DNA of 64,000 nucleotides, taken from assembly GCA_040385525.1 (NCBI GenBank), contig JAZKHE010000005.1:96910-160909 (forward strand), given 5' to 3'. Positions 19,534 through 29,209 of the stretch are shown here, in pieces (positions within the stretch are counted from its first letter, which is position 1; every line of letters starts with the position of its first letter). This stretch comes from Bacteroidota bacterium (GTDB lineage Bacteria > Bacteroidota > Bacteroidia > UBA4408). The position numbers and the translations under genes were made by a program. The notes beneath the pieces are model-generated. The model ran no database searches. It worked only from the letters and a program-made list of their open reading frames with translations, and was not told where the DNA came from.

Positions 19534-21237
19534 ATGGCAACAGGAGGCTCACCCCGCGATAAAATGATTGGTATGATGTATTTAGTTTTAACCGCTTTAT
19601 TGGCGATGAATGTATCTAAAGACATTTTAAATTCTTTTATAGTTGTTAACGACGGCTTATCAAAAACCAATCAAGGATTTGAAAATAAAAACGCAGATAC
19701 TTACAATCAGTTTTCTAAATTGAGCGAAAAAGATGCAAAAGCAAAACCTTATTTCGATAGGGCGCAACAAGTGCAAAAGTTGAGTAAAGAAATGCGCGAT
19801 TATATTTTCGATATTAAGAAAAAACTATTGATGGTAATTGATAAAAAAGATGATACGGCCGCTGTTCGTATTCTTAAAACAAATATGTACGAAATAGATT
19901 CGAAAGATAATTATGACGAACCAACTCGTTTGTTAGGTTTGGGCGAGCCTACAAACCCAGCAAAAAAACCTGTTCAAGCTAATGGGCCAAACACAGCTTT
20001 TCAATTAAAAACTAAAATTGACGAAACAAGAGAAAAATTTTTAAAGCTAATTGCAGATGGCAATGGTGTTAAACTTTTGGCTACAGAAAAAACCGCTCTT
20101 GAAAAATCAATTAAAACCATTTTAAATACAGATGTTAAACGTATTGATAATGGTGTTGAAGAAGATTGGAGCGCAATTAATTTTTATCATATTCCGTTAG
20201 TTGCTGCAATAACCAACTTAACAAAAATGGAGTCGGATATAAACAATGCCGAAGCAGATATGGTAAAAACATTAATAGGTGCAGTTGGTGCAAACGATGT
20301 TAAATTCGATCAGTTTGAAGCACGTGTTTTAGCCGGCACAACTTATGTTTTACAAGGCGAAGAATTTAAAGCTGATGTAATACTTGCTGCAAGTAGTTCA
20401 ACACAAAAAAATAAAATGATTGTTGGTAATGTTGATACTGTAAAAAAAGAATTAATAGGCAACGGAACTGAGTTACAAATTGTAAGAGGTTTGGGAAAAT
20501 ACGCTGTAAAAACAACAGGCGAAGGTTTACAAAAATGGGGCGGTATTATTGAAGTAAATAAGCCTGATGGAACGGTAGAAAAATATCCGTTTCAACATGA
20601 GTATATTGTTGCTCGCCCAGCAGCAGCAACCTTTTTAAAAAAGATGAATGTTTTTTATATTGGCGTTGACAATCCAATATTAATAAGCGCTGCAGGTATT
20701 GCCGAAACAAATTTGCAGTACACAATTACTGGCGGTGGTGGAACTATAAAAAAAGGGAAAGACGAAGAAGGCAAAGATTGCTGGATAGCAAGGGTAACAA
20801 CACCCACGCAAAAACCCAATTTTGTAACCATAACCGTTAGCGATAAAACAAGTAAAAAAGTATTAGGCACTTTTAATTTTAGAGCAAAATCGTTGCCAAC
20901 ACCAACAAGTGTTTTGGGTGGACAAAGTGGTACTTTTCCAATGAGAAAATCGTTGTTAAGTGCTTTATCAGGTGTAACTGCTAAAATGGAAAATTTTGAT
21001 TTTGAATTCCCAATTAAAATTGTAAGTTTTAAGTATGAAAATTTTAGTGGTGCTAATTCAGCTTCTTATTCAAGCGAAACTAACGACAAAGGTGTAGCCG
21101 TTATGAGTGTAAAAATGAAAGACGACATAAGTAAATTAAAGGCAAATTCAAAAATTTATTTTACTGAAATAAAAGCTTTAATGCCCGATGGAAAAACACG
21201 AACACTGCCAGATATAGGCGTAAAAATTATTTTATAA
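19534..21237 (+). CDS. GldM/PorM-like protein (type IX secretion / gliding motility family paralog)
   Basis: 567 aa. N-terminus MATGGSPRDKMIGMMYLVLTALLAMNVSKDILNSF matches the conserved GldM/PorM N-terminal cytoplasmic stub plus single transmembrane helix (consensus ...PRQKMINLMYLVFIAMLALNMSKEVL). Long periplasmic region. No gldK/L/N adjacent. Confidence 0.55.
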   Translation: MATGGSPRDKMIGMMYLVLTALLAMNVSKDILNSFIVVNDGLSKTNQGFENKNADTYNQFSKLSEKDAKAKPYFDRAQQVQKLSKEMRDYIFDIKKKLLMVIDKKDDTAAVRILKTNMYEIDSKDNYDEPTRLLGLGEPTNPAKKPVQANGPNTAFQLKTKIDETREKFLKLIADGNGVKLLATEKTALEKSIKTILNTDVKRIDNGVEEDWSAINFYHIPLVAAITNLTKMESDINNAEADMVKTLIGAVGANDVKFDQFEARVLAGTTYVLQGEEFKADVILAASSSTQKNKMIVGNVDTVKKELIGNGTELQIVRGLGKYAVKTTGEGLQKWGGIIEVNKPDGTVEKYPFQHEYIVARPAAATFLKKMNVFYIGVDNPILISAAGIAETNLQYTITGGGGTIKKGKDEEGKDCWIARVTTPTQKPNFVTITVSDKTSKKVLGTFNFRAKSLPTPTSVLGGQSGTFPMRKSLLSALSGVTAKMENFDFEFPIKIVSFKYENFSGANSASYSSETNDKGVAVMSVKMKDDISKLKANSKIYFTEIKALMPDGKTRTLPDIGVKIIL

Positions 21238-21249
21238 GTTAAAAATAAA

Positions 21250-21285
21250 AAAAAGTCTGAGCGCAAGTTCGGACTTTTTTTATTG
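21250..21285 (+). terminator. rho-independent terminator after the gldM-like gene
   Basis: AGTCTGAGCGCAAGTTCGGACT hairpin followed by TTTTTTT. Confidence 0.45.
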
Positions 21286-21316
21286 AGGTATTTTGAAATT
21301 ACGTTAACTTTGAACT

Positions 21317-22249
21317 ATGACGGGAACAGTAATAAAATCTACAGGCAGTTGGTATCAAGTAATGATAGCTGATAATAAAATTTACGATTGCAAAATTAGA
21401 GGAAGCTTTAGAATAAAAGGAATAAAAGCAACCAATCCAATTGCAGCTGGAGATATTGTAGATATTGAGCTAGAGCCAGATGAGATGATTGGGAATATTG
21501 TGAAAATTCACGAAAGAAAAAATTATATCATTCGTAAATCAATCAATTTATCTAAGCAAGTACATATTCTTGCAGCCAACATCGATCATGCTTATTTGGT
21601 AGGAAGTATTGCACAACCAAAAATTAAATTTGGATTTATAGATCGCTTTTTGGTAACAGCTGAAGCTTATCATATTCCTGCTACAATTATTTTAAATAAA
21701 ACAGATGCTAATACCGAAGAAGATAATGAGTTGATGAAACATTATAAAGAGATGTACGAAAAAATTGGTTACGAAGTAATTTGTATGTCGGCTTTTAATA
21801 ATGAAGATGTTGAGCGTTTAAAAATAAAATTGAAAGGAAAAATAAATTTATTTTCGGGCAACTCAGGTGTTGGTAAATCAACATTAATAAATAAAATGGA
21901 GTTGCAATTAAATTTAAAAACAGCTGAAATATCTACTTCAAACGAAAAAGGAACGCACACCACTACATTTGCAGAAATGCATCCACTAACGTTTGGCGGC
22001 TATATAATTGATACACCAGGTATTAAAGAATTGGGTGTTGTTGATATTGATAAAAAAGAAGTAAGTCATTATTTTTTAGAAATGCGCGAACGTTTAAACG
22101 ATTGTAAGTTTAGCAATTGCACGCATATTAACGAACCGGGTTGTGCAATTAAAAAAGCGGTAGAAGCTGGAGAAATATCGCCTACACGCTACAGTAGTTA
22201 TTTAGATGTTTACGAAAATAGAGAAGAAGAAGAGGATAATAAGTATTAA
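21317..22249 (+). CDS. rsgA: ribosome small-subunit-dependent GTPase A
   Basis: 310 aa. Circularly permuted GTPase (NKTD before GNSGVGKSTLIN) and a C-terminal Zn-binding CKFSNCTHINEPGC motif. Confidence 0.85.
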   Translation: MTGTVIKSTGSWYQVMIADNKIYDCKIRGSFRIKGIKATNPIAAGDIVDIELEPDEMIGNIVKIHERKNYIIRKSINLSKQVHILAANIDHAYLVGSIAQPKIKFGFIDRFLVTAEAYHIPATIILNKTDANTEEDNELMKHYKEMYEKIGYEVICMSAFNNEDVERLKIKLKGKINLFSGNSGVGKSTLINKMELQLNLKTAEISTSNEKGTHTTTFAEMHPLTFGGYIIDTPGIKELGVVDIDKKEVSHYFLEMRERLNDCKFSNCTHINEPGCAIKKAVEAGEISPTRYSSYLDVYENREEEEDNKY

Positions 22250-22333
22250 GTTTCAAGTTTATAGTTTTTGGTTTACTGTTTTTAGTTTTGAAATTGTCTA
22301 AAATCTAATATCTCACGTCTAATATCTCATAAC

Positions 22334-22786
22334 ATGCGAATAATAATTCAACGAGTAAAAAAAGCATCGGTAACAATTAACGATAAATTATTTTCTGAAA
22401 TTGAAAATGGTTTGCTGGTGTTGTTGGGTGTTGAAGATGCTGATGGCACAGAAGATATTGAGTGGTTAGCAAATAAATTAGTGAGCCTGCGCATATTTTC
22501 AGACGAGAAAGGTTTGATGAATTTATCTGTAAAAGATATTGATGGAGGAATTTTACTAGTGAGTCAGTTTACACTTTTTGCAAGTACAAAAAAAGGAAAT
22601 CGCCCATCATTTATTCGTTCTGCAAAACCAGAAATTGCAATTCCTTTATACGAGAAATTTATTATCGAAACACAAAAGCTAATTGCTAAGCCAATTAAAA
22701 CCGGAGTGTTTGGCGCCGATATGCAAATTGAATTAATTAACGATGGCCCTGTAACTATTGTAATTGATAGTAAAAACAGAGAGTAA
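22334..22786 (+). CDS. dtd: D-aminoacyl-tRNA deacylase
   Basis: 150 aa. MRIIIQRV... and SQFTL motifs typical of Dtd. Confidence 0.9.
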   Translation: MRIIIQRVKKASVTINDKLFSEIENGLLVLLGVEDADGTEDIEWLANKLVSLRIFSDEKGLMNLSVKDIDGGILLVSQFTLFASTKKGNRPSFIRSAKPEIAIPLYEKFIIETQKLIAKPIKTGVFGADMQIELINDGPVTIVIDSKNRE

Positions 22787-22993
22787 TTTAAAATTCAAAA
22801 ATAAATCCAATAGAAGGAATAACTGATAAGTTTTCATTTTTTTAAACTACTGGTATTCCGTTTGAACCATCTGCTTTTAAAGCCTATGAAAATTAGTATG
22901 CAGAAATTTAAAATTAATTAAAGTATAATTTTATAAACTTTTTCAGCTAAATTGCGTTAGAATTAACATTGTTAATAGATAAATAGATATGCT

Positions 22994-23455
22994 ATGAAAA
23001 AATTACTTGTTTTATTGTTTGCAATTTTTGCAATTAGTTCGTTTAGAAGTTTGGCTCAAACCGCTCCCACAGAAGGAGATAAGATGTTAGGTGTATGGGA
23101 AGTAGGTAGCGGAAAAGCTAGAGTAAAAGTTACAAAATATGGCGATAAATACGCTGGTAAAATAGTGTGGTTAAAAGAACCTAAATACGAAGACGGAACC
23201 AACAAACGCGACAAAAATAATCCTGATGAAACCAAACGAAATGTGCCATTATTAGGCTATTCTAACTTACTTGGTTTTGTTTACACAGGAAATAATACTT
23301 GGGAAGAAGGCACAATTTACGACCCAGAAAGCGGAAGTACATACAATTGCACCATTAAATTAATTGACGAAAACACCTTAGATGTTAGAGGTTATATTGG
23401 TGTGCAAATGTTTGGACGTACCGACACTTGGAAACGTATGCAAGTAAAAAAATAA
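22994..23455 (+). CDS. DUF2147 family secreted protein
   Basis: 153 aa. Signal peptide, GVWE...GKIVWLKEP...YDPESG...Y.C.I.L pattern characteristic of DUF2147. Confidence 0.6.
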   Translation: MKKLLVLLFAIFAISSFRSLAQTAPTEGDKMLGVWEVGSGKARVKVTKYGDKYAGKIVWLKEPKYEDGTNKRDKNNPDETKRNVPLLGYSNLLGFVYTGNNTWEEGTIYDPESGSTYNCTIKLIDENTLDVRGYIGVQMFGRTDTWKRMQVKK

Positions 23456-23481
23456 TTTATTTAAAGTTGTTTTAGCACTTT

Positions 23482-24498
23482 ATGAAAAAATACATTGTTC
23501 TTGGTTTTGCTTTGTTTTCAATTAACGCTTTTGCACAGCAAGATACTGCAGAAGTTGAAGATTTTAGCATGTATGCCGATATGGATGCATCGCCTAGTAA
23601 AACCTATTGCACATCAAAAATTATTGGTAACGCGCCATCAAAATTAGTTTCGTTAGGATTTGATTTTGAAGGACCTTATGATATGAAAATAGGGAATGGT
23701 GGTGTAAATAATGAAGTTGCGTACAATTATGGATTGCGTGGAAGTGCAAATTTTCCGGTAATATCTAATACAAAATGGTTGGTAAATTTAGGTGTAAATT
23801 ATTTAGATCATAAATATGCTTTTAAAAATCCATCAGCTTTAAGCAATTTGTTTACTCAATCTCTTTCTGAAACTGGTTTAAGAAGTATGGGGGCAAACTA
23901 CACCATTTTTAAGCCTTTAAACGAAAAACATTTTTTGTTGCATCAAAGTAATTTTGATTTGAATGGAGATTATAGTTTCACCAATTTTCAAAGCGTTAGT
24001 ACAGTAAAATTTCAAACAGCAGTTTTGTTTGGTTGGAAAAAACACGACCGCAGGCAATTTGCAATTGGTGCGAGCAGAACATATAGAGGCGGTGAATCTT
24101 TAATAATTCCTGTTGTTTTATACAACTATACTTTTCCTAATCGTAAGTGGGGAATTGAAGCACTTGTACCTGCAAGAGCTGCGGTTAGATACACCATTAA
24201 TTCGCGAAACATTATTTTAGGCGGCTTTGAATTAGAAGGTGCTTCGTATTATTTAGGTAATATGCTAAAAAATAATGCTACAATTCCTTATTCGCAATTG
24301 GAGTTACGCCGTTCTGAGTTAAGAAATAAAATTACGTATGAGTTTTCGGTTTATAAATTTATTTGGATGTCGCTGCAAGTTGGTTACATCTACAACTACA
24401 AGTTTAAGGTAGATGATGGCGGAAGTACTCCAGTTTACCACAATAAACTAAGTAGTCCGTTTTATGCTAATGTTTCAATAAATTTGGTTTCGCCATAA
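23482..24498 (+). CDS. hypothetical outer-membrane/secreted protein
   Basis: 338 aa. Signal peptide, beta-strand-like alternating pattern. No catalytic motif. Confidence 0.4.
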   Translation: MKKYIVLGFALFSINAFAQQDTAEVEDFSMYADMDASPSKTYCTSKIIGNAPSKLVSLGFDFEGPYDMKIGNGGVNNEVAYNYGLRGSANFPVISNTKWLVNLGVNYLDHKYAFKNPSALSNLFTQSLSETGLRSMGANYTIFKPLNEKHFLLHQSNFDLNGDYSFTNFQSVSTVKFQTAVLFGWKKHDRRQFAIGASRTYRGGESLIIPVVLYNYTFPNRKWGIEALVPARAAVRYTINSRNIILGGFELEGASYYLGNMLKNNATIPYSQLELRRSELRNKITYEFSVYKFIWMSLQVGYIYNYKFKVDDGGSTPVYHNKLSSPFYANVSINLVSP

Positions 24499-24535
24499 AT
24501 TGAAACGCCTATTTTTAGGGCTAAACAAAAATTTG

Positions 24536-24576
24536 AAATGGAAAAATATGGAATTCAATTCCAAATTTTTCCATTT
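24536..24576. repeat. 41-bp imperfect palindrome (copy 1)
   Basis: AAATGGAAAAATATGGAATT-C-AATTCCAAATTTTTCCATTT. Nearly identical to 25738-25778. Confidence 0.6.
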
Positions 24577-25725
24577 TTAAAGTAAATATTCTCTCCAATT
24601 TTGTATTTCAAAACCGTTGCTTCGATTTTGATTTTGAGTGCCAGCATAAAGAATTAAAGCTTTTTTATTTCCACTTAATTTATTCCAATAATCAATATTT
24701 TTAAAAAACTCGGCGGTAATGGTTTTGCCCGATTTTATTTCTATTGGCAAAATGCTGTTTTTTTCTTCTGATAAAATATCTACTTCGTGACCAGTTTTAT
24801 CGCGCCAATAATACAGGTTAATAGGCGAGCCCAAATTTGTGCGTTGTTTTATTAATTCTGTTACCAACATTGTTTCAAAAATAGCACCACGCAAAGGGTA
24901 ATTGGCTATTTGTTTTGCGTTTTGTATTCCTAATAAAGAGCAAACTAAAGCTGTGTCGTAAAAATAAAGTTTTGGTCGTTTTACAATTGTTTTGTTGTAG
25001 TTTTTATAATAAGGTTTTAGCAGATAAATAATGTAACTGCTTTCTAAAATTCCTATCCACGATTGTATCGTTTTTACATCAACACCCGTTTCAATAGAAA
25101 ACGAACTATAATTTAATTCTTGTCCGCTTCTACCTGCTAATAAACGCATAAAGCGCTCAAACAAAAGCAAATCGCTAATGTTTTTTATTTGCCGAACATC
25201 GCGTTCAATGTATGTTTTTATGTAGTTAGCGCACCAATCGCTAGCCGGAATTTTTTGATCGTAAATTGGAGGATAAAATCCTTTAAACAAAATTTCGTCG
25301 TCGGTTTTTGCTAATAGTTTTTTGCTGTTTAATTCGGCAACAGAAAATGGTAATAAACTTAAATAACCAACTCTACCAGCTAAAGATTGCGATATGGTTT
25401 CTTGTAATAAAAAATTGTTAGAACCAGTTAGAATAAATAGTCCTTTCTTTTTAGAATTATCTAAAATCTCTTGCAGGTACGAAAAAAGTTCGGGTGTGCG
25501 TTGTACTTCGTCTAATATAGCTCCTTGTGGGAATTGCTCTAAAAAACCTCTTGGGTCGGACAAAGCAAAATTCCGAGTGTCTAAATTTTCGAGAGAAATG
25601 TAAGGTTTGGTTTTAAAAAGTTTTTTAACCAAAGTTGTTTTGCCCGATTGCCTTGCGCCAACAACAGCTACAGCTTTAAATGTTGCTGCAAGTTTTAATA
25701 GCCTTTTCTCTGCAATTCGGTTTAT
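24577..25725 (-). CDS. AAA+ ATPase, DUF4143/COG1373 family
   Basis: Walker A VGARQSGKTTL near the N-terminus, DUF4143-like C-terminal region. Likely start is Met23 of the ORF (MINRIAEKRL), outside the flanking palindrome. Confidence 0.7.
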   Translation of the reverse strand: MNRIAEKRLLKLAATFKAVAVVGARQSGKTTLVKKLFKTKPYISLENLDTRNFALSDPRGFLEQFPQGAILDEVQRTPELFSYLQEILDNSKKKGLFILTGSNNFLLQETISQSLAGRVGYLSLLPFSVAELNSKKLLAKTDDEILFKGFYPPIYDQKIPASDWCANYIKTYIERDVRQIKNISDLLLFERFMRLLAGRSGQELNYSSFSIETGVDVKTIQSWIGILESSYIIYLLKPYYKNYNKTIVKRPKLYFYDTALVCSLLGIQNAKQIANYPLRGAIFETMLVTELIKQRTNLGSPINLYYWRDKTGHEVDILSEEKNSILPIEIKSGKTITAEFFKNIDYWNKLSGNKKALILYAGTQNQNRSNGFEIQNWREYLL

Positions 25726-25737
25726 CATAAAACAAAT

Positions 25738-25778
25738 ATATGGAAAAATTTGGAATCCAATTCCAAATTTTTCCATTT
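25738..25778. repeat. 41-bp imperfect palindrome (copy 2)
   Basis: ATATGGAAAAATTTGGAATC-C-AATTCCAAATTTTTCCATTT. Confidence 0.6.
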
Positions 25779-25783
25779 TGTTT

Positions 25784-26587
25784 TTACTCACAATCTTTTT
25801 CGGGAGTACAAACTTTGCCTTCTGTAATTTCTAAATCAGAAATTTTATTTTGTGTTTTCCATTCGCTAAACGATTTGTTTAGTACATCTAAAAAAGCACT
25901 ATCGGGTTGTGCACCAGACACGCCGTATTTTCTATTAAAAACAAAAAACGGAACACCTTGCACACTAATTTGTTGTGCCATTGCAATATCGTTTTTTACT
26001 TCGGTGCTATACGCATCGCTGTTTACTACTTTGCTTACCTCTTCTTCGTTTAAACCAATTTCTTTTCCTAATTTAATTAGTGTAGCGGCATCACTAACAT
26101 CAGCGCCTTCGGAAAAATAAGCTTTAAAAAAACGTTCTTCTGCTTCGTCGCCCAAGTTGTGTTTTTTAGCTAACTGAATTACTCTGTGTGCATCAAACGA
26201 ATTGGCAACAACTGCAATATCAAAATTGTAAGTTAAGCCAGCTTCTTGCGCCATACTAATTACGTTTTTGTGCATTGCTTCTGATTGTTGTTTGCTAATG
26301 CCTTTACGTTGCGCTAAATATTCGTACACATTTATTTTTTCGGTTTGTTTGGGAATGCTTGGGTCTAGTTGATAGCTGTGCCACTCTAACTCAATGTGTT
26401 TTGCAAAAGCAAATTGCGAAAGCGCTTTTTCGTAATGACGTTTGCCTATATAACAAAACGGACACATTATATCCGACCAAATTTCTACTTTCATTTTTTC
26501 TGATATCATTCTTGTATCTTTTTTAGTTTGCGCTTGAATATTAAATGAGAAAGCAATTAAAATGAATAGGGCTTTTGATATGTGCAT
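25784..26587 (-). CDS. DsbA-family (FrnE-like) thiol:disulfide oxidoreductase, secreted
   Basis: DIMCPFCYIGK active site. Probable start MHISKALFIL... (signal peptide) at 26587, immediately after the stop of the upstream LRR gene. Confidence 0.7.
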   Translation of the reverse strand: MHISKALFILIAFSFNIQAQTKKDTRMISEKMKVEIWSDIMCPFCYIGKRHYEKALSQFAFAKHIELEWHSYQLDPSIPKQTEKINVYEYLAQRKGISKQQSEAMHKNVISMAQEAGLTYNFDIAVVANSFDAHRVIQLAKKHNLGDEAEERFFKAYFSEGADVSDAATLIKLGKEIGLNEEEVSKVVNSDAYSTEVKNDIAMAQQISVQGVPFFVFNRKYGVSGAQPDSAFLDVLNKSFSEWKTQNKISDLEITEGKVCTPEKDCE

Positions 26588-26588
26588 T

Positions 26589-28196
26589 TTAGTTGATATA
26601 TGAACATCCAGTAATTGGCCATTTCTTTTCCATGTAATTAGCGTCATCAACTTTAATTGTTTTTAGAAGTTTATTGCCCTCAGTTTTAAAAATTTCGAGA
26701 TTAATATTATTGTTATTTTTAATGGATAAGAATTCGAGTTTATTGTAACTACAATCTAGATTAATTAACTTTTTGTTTTTCTCTAAATCAAGTTCAATTA
26801 GCATGTTTTCTGCACAATTTAAGGCTTCAAGGTTTAAAAAAGCGCTTACATCTATAAAGGTTAAAGGATTTTTTTTACAGTTTAATCTAACTAGATTTTT
26901 TGAATTACTCAGTTTTATTAAATTAACATTGTTGTAGCTAAAGCTCAATGATTCTAATGATGTGCAATTCTGAATATCCAAATAACTAATGTTATTAAAG
27001 TCTGCACTTACAAATTGCAGGTTTTTATTTTTAGATAAATCCAAATTAGTTACTATATTATTATTACACCCCAATTTTTTCAACAATTTGTTGTTGTTTA
27101 AATCTAAAAATTTTATATAATTATTAGCACAGGTTAATACAAATAGTTTTTTGCAGTTTTTTACATTAAGCTCTTGTATCAAGTTGTAATTACAAGAAAT
27201 ATATTCAAGTTTTTTGTTTTTTGAAACATCTAATTGTTTTAAATGGTTCATTGAGCATTCTAAATATTTAAGATGGTTTAATTTTTTTATATCTAATTCT
27301 TCAAGTTGATTTTGAAAACAATGTAATTCTTCAAGTTTTAAGTTGTTTTGTAAATTAATACGTGATATTTTATTAGAGTTGAAATAAAGTAACTTAAGTT
27401 TGGTATTATTTTCTACGTTCAAATCACGTAGTTTATTATTATAACAAACTAAATAATACAGATTTTTGTTATTTGTTGTGTTTAACTGTGAGATATTGTT
27501 TTCAGCAAGTTCAAGTTTAAGCAAATTTATATTGTTTGATACGTCTATTACTTCTATTTGATTTTCGCGACACGAAAGATATTGTAATTTTTTTTGTTTA
27601 GAAAAATTTATTTCTTTTATTTGGTTGCGGTCGCAATTTAATAGTGTAGTTTCTCCTAAATCTGATAATTCAAGAGAAGTTAGTTGATTTCCTGCACAAC
27701 AAATAATTACTAAACTATCATTTAAGTTTAACTCATTTATGATGTTTGATGTGCAATCTAAATATTTTAAATGAGAATTGTTTTTTGTATTTAAAAAACG
27801 CAAGCCATTATTTCCACACGTTAAAGAACTTAGATTGGTTGCTTCTTCCAAATGTATTTCTGCAATATAATTCCAAGAGCAGTCTAGAGATGTTATGTTT
27901 TTAAAAAAGTTTATACCTGTAAGACTTTCAATTTGCAAACTTGAAATATTAAGTGCACCATTATAATTTTCTGCTTCAAAAACATCAATTTCGTTATCAC
28001 AATTTAAATTGATTTCGCCATTATTAAGCAAAGCACTTTTAAAATTTGTGTCTGGAATATAAACTATTTGAATATTATTTTCTGTTTGTGCATAGAGTTC
28101 AAGTCTTGCAAAAACAAATAATAAAGCGCATGCAAAGATTATTCGGTAAAATTTATTCATACAGTATAAAAAAATTGTTTGCCACTTGCGCAACAA
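26589..28196 (-). CDS. leucine-rich repeat (LRR) secreted protein
   Basis: 535 aa. Signal peptide followed by about 20 tandem about 22-aa LRR units (L.xL.C..N.L..LD...N..L). Confidence 0.7.
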   Translation of the reverse strand: MLRKWQTIFLYCMNKFYRIIFACALLFVFARLELYAQTENNIQIVYIPDTNFKSALLNNGEINLNCDNEIDVFEAENYNGALNISSLQIESLTGINFFKNITSLDCSWNYIAEIHLEEATNLSSLTCGNNGLRFLNTKNNSHLKYLDCTSNIINELNLNDSLVIICCAGNQLTSLELSDLGETTLLNCDRNQIKEINFSKQKKLQYLSCRENQIEVIDVSNNINLLKLELAENNISQLNTTNNKNLYYLVCYNNKLRDLNVENNTKLKLLYFNSNKISRINLQNNLKLEELHCFQNQLEELDIKKLNHLKYLECSMNHLKQLDVSKNKKLEYISCNYNLIQELNVKNCKKLFVLTCANNYIKFLDLNNNKLLKKLGCNNNIVTNLDLSKNKNLQFVSADFNNISYLDIQNCTSLESLSFSYNNVNLIKLSNSKNLVRLNCKKNPLTFIDVSAFLNLEALNCAENMLIELDLEKNKKLINLDCSYNKLEFLSIKNNNNINLEIFKTEGNKLLKTIKVDDANYMEKKWPITGCSYIN

Positions 28197-28223
28197 ACAA
28201 TTTATAATTTTAAAACTAAATTA

Positions 28224-29111
28224 TTAAGCACTAATTGCTTCAACGCTTGGTTCTACTTTTTTAACCAAACCTTGTAATACTTTTCCTGGTCCAACTTCTG
28301 TAAAATGCGTTGCACCATCTGCTACCATTTGTTTTACAGTCTGCGTCCATTTTACTGGTGCAGTTAATTGTATAATTAAGTTGTTTTTTATTTCATCAGG
28401 ATTTGATACCGCACTTGCTGTTACGTTTTGGTAAACAGGACAAATAGGATTGCTAAAATGCGTTGCTTTAATTGCTGCTTCTAATTCTAGTTTTGCAGGT
28501 TGCATTAATGGTGAGTGAAACGCTCCACCAACTGGTAAAACTAATGCGCGTTTTGCGCCTGCTGCTTTTAATTTTTCGCAAGCAATGTTTACGCCTTCAA
28601 TACTTCCAGAAATTACTAATTGTCCAGGGCAGTTATAGTTTGCAGCCACTACAATATTTCCTGCTGCTGAAATTTCTGCGCAAATATCTTCAACTACTTT
28701 ATCATCTAAATTTAATATAGCAGCCATTGTTGATGGATTTAACTCGCACGCTTTTTGCATAGCCATAGCGCGTGAGTAAACTAATTTAAGTGCATCTTCA
28801 AACAATAGTGTTTTGTTAGCCACTAATGCAGAGAACTCACCTAAAGAGTGACCAGCCACCATATCTGGAGAAAAAGTATCGCCAAGTGTTGCTGCTTTTA
28901 TTACAGAATGTAAAAATATAGCAGGTTGCGTAACTTTAGTTTGTTTTAATTCTTCATCAGTACCAGCAAACATAATATCGGTAATTTTATAACCTAAAAT
29001 AGCGTTTGCTTTTTCAAACATTTCTTTTGCTAGGGCAGAAGATTCGTATAAATCTTTTCCCATACCACTAAACTGCGAACCTTGTCCTGGAAATACGTAT
29101 GCTTTTTTCAT
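28224..29111 (-). CDS. fabD: ACP S-malonyltransferase
   Basis: 295 aa. GQGSQ and GHSLGE(F)SAL active-site motifs. Confidence 0.9.
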   Translation of the reverse strand: MKKAYVFPGQGSQFSGMGKDLYESSALAKEMFEKANAILGYKITDIMFAGTDEELKQTKVTQPAIFLHSVIKAATLGDTFSPDMVAGHSLGEFSALVANKTLLFEDALKLVYSRAMAMQKACELNPSTMAAILNLDDKVVEDICAEISAAGNIVVAANYNCPGQLVISGSIEGVNIACEKLKAAGAKRALVLPVGGAFHSPLMQPAKLELEAAIKATHFSNPICPVYQNVTASAVSNPDEIKNNLIIQLTAPVKWTQTVKQMVADGATHFTEVGPGKVLQGLVKKVEPSVEAISA

Positions 29112-29153
29112 AAGTTTGAATTATAGTTTTTGTAAAAATAAGAAGTATCTGTT

Positions 29154-29196
29154 AAAAAACAAGAGCCTCGCTTAGGCAAGGCTCTTGAAATTTTTA
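29154..29196 (-). terminator. rho-independent terminator of the 29210-29950 gene
   Basis: CAAGAGCC-tcgcttaggcaa-GGCTCTTG hairpin. On the minus strand it is followed by TTTTTT. Confidence 0.6.
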
Positions 29197-29209
29197 TTGT
29201 TTAGAAAAT

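Noticed and set aside
25740-26120. 126-aa plus-strand ORF starting inside the palindrome and running antisense through the dsbA-like gene
   Set aside because: It is entirely antisense to a well-supported CDS, with low-complexity translation, so it is probably spurious.
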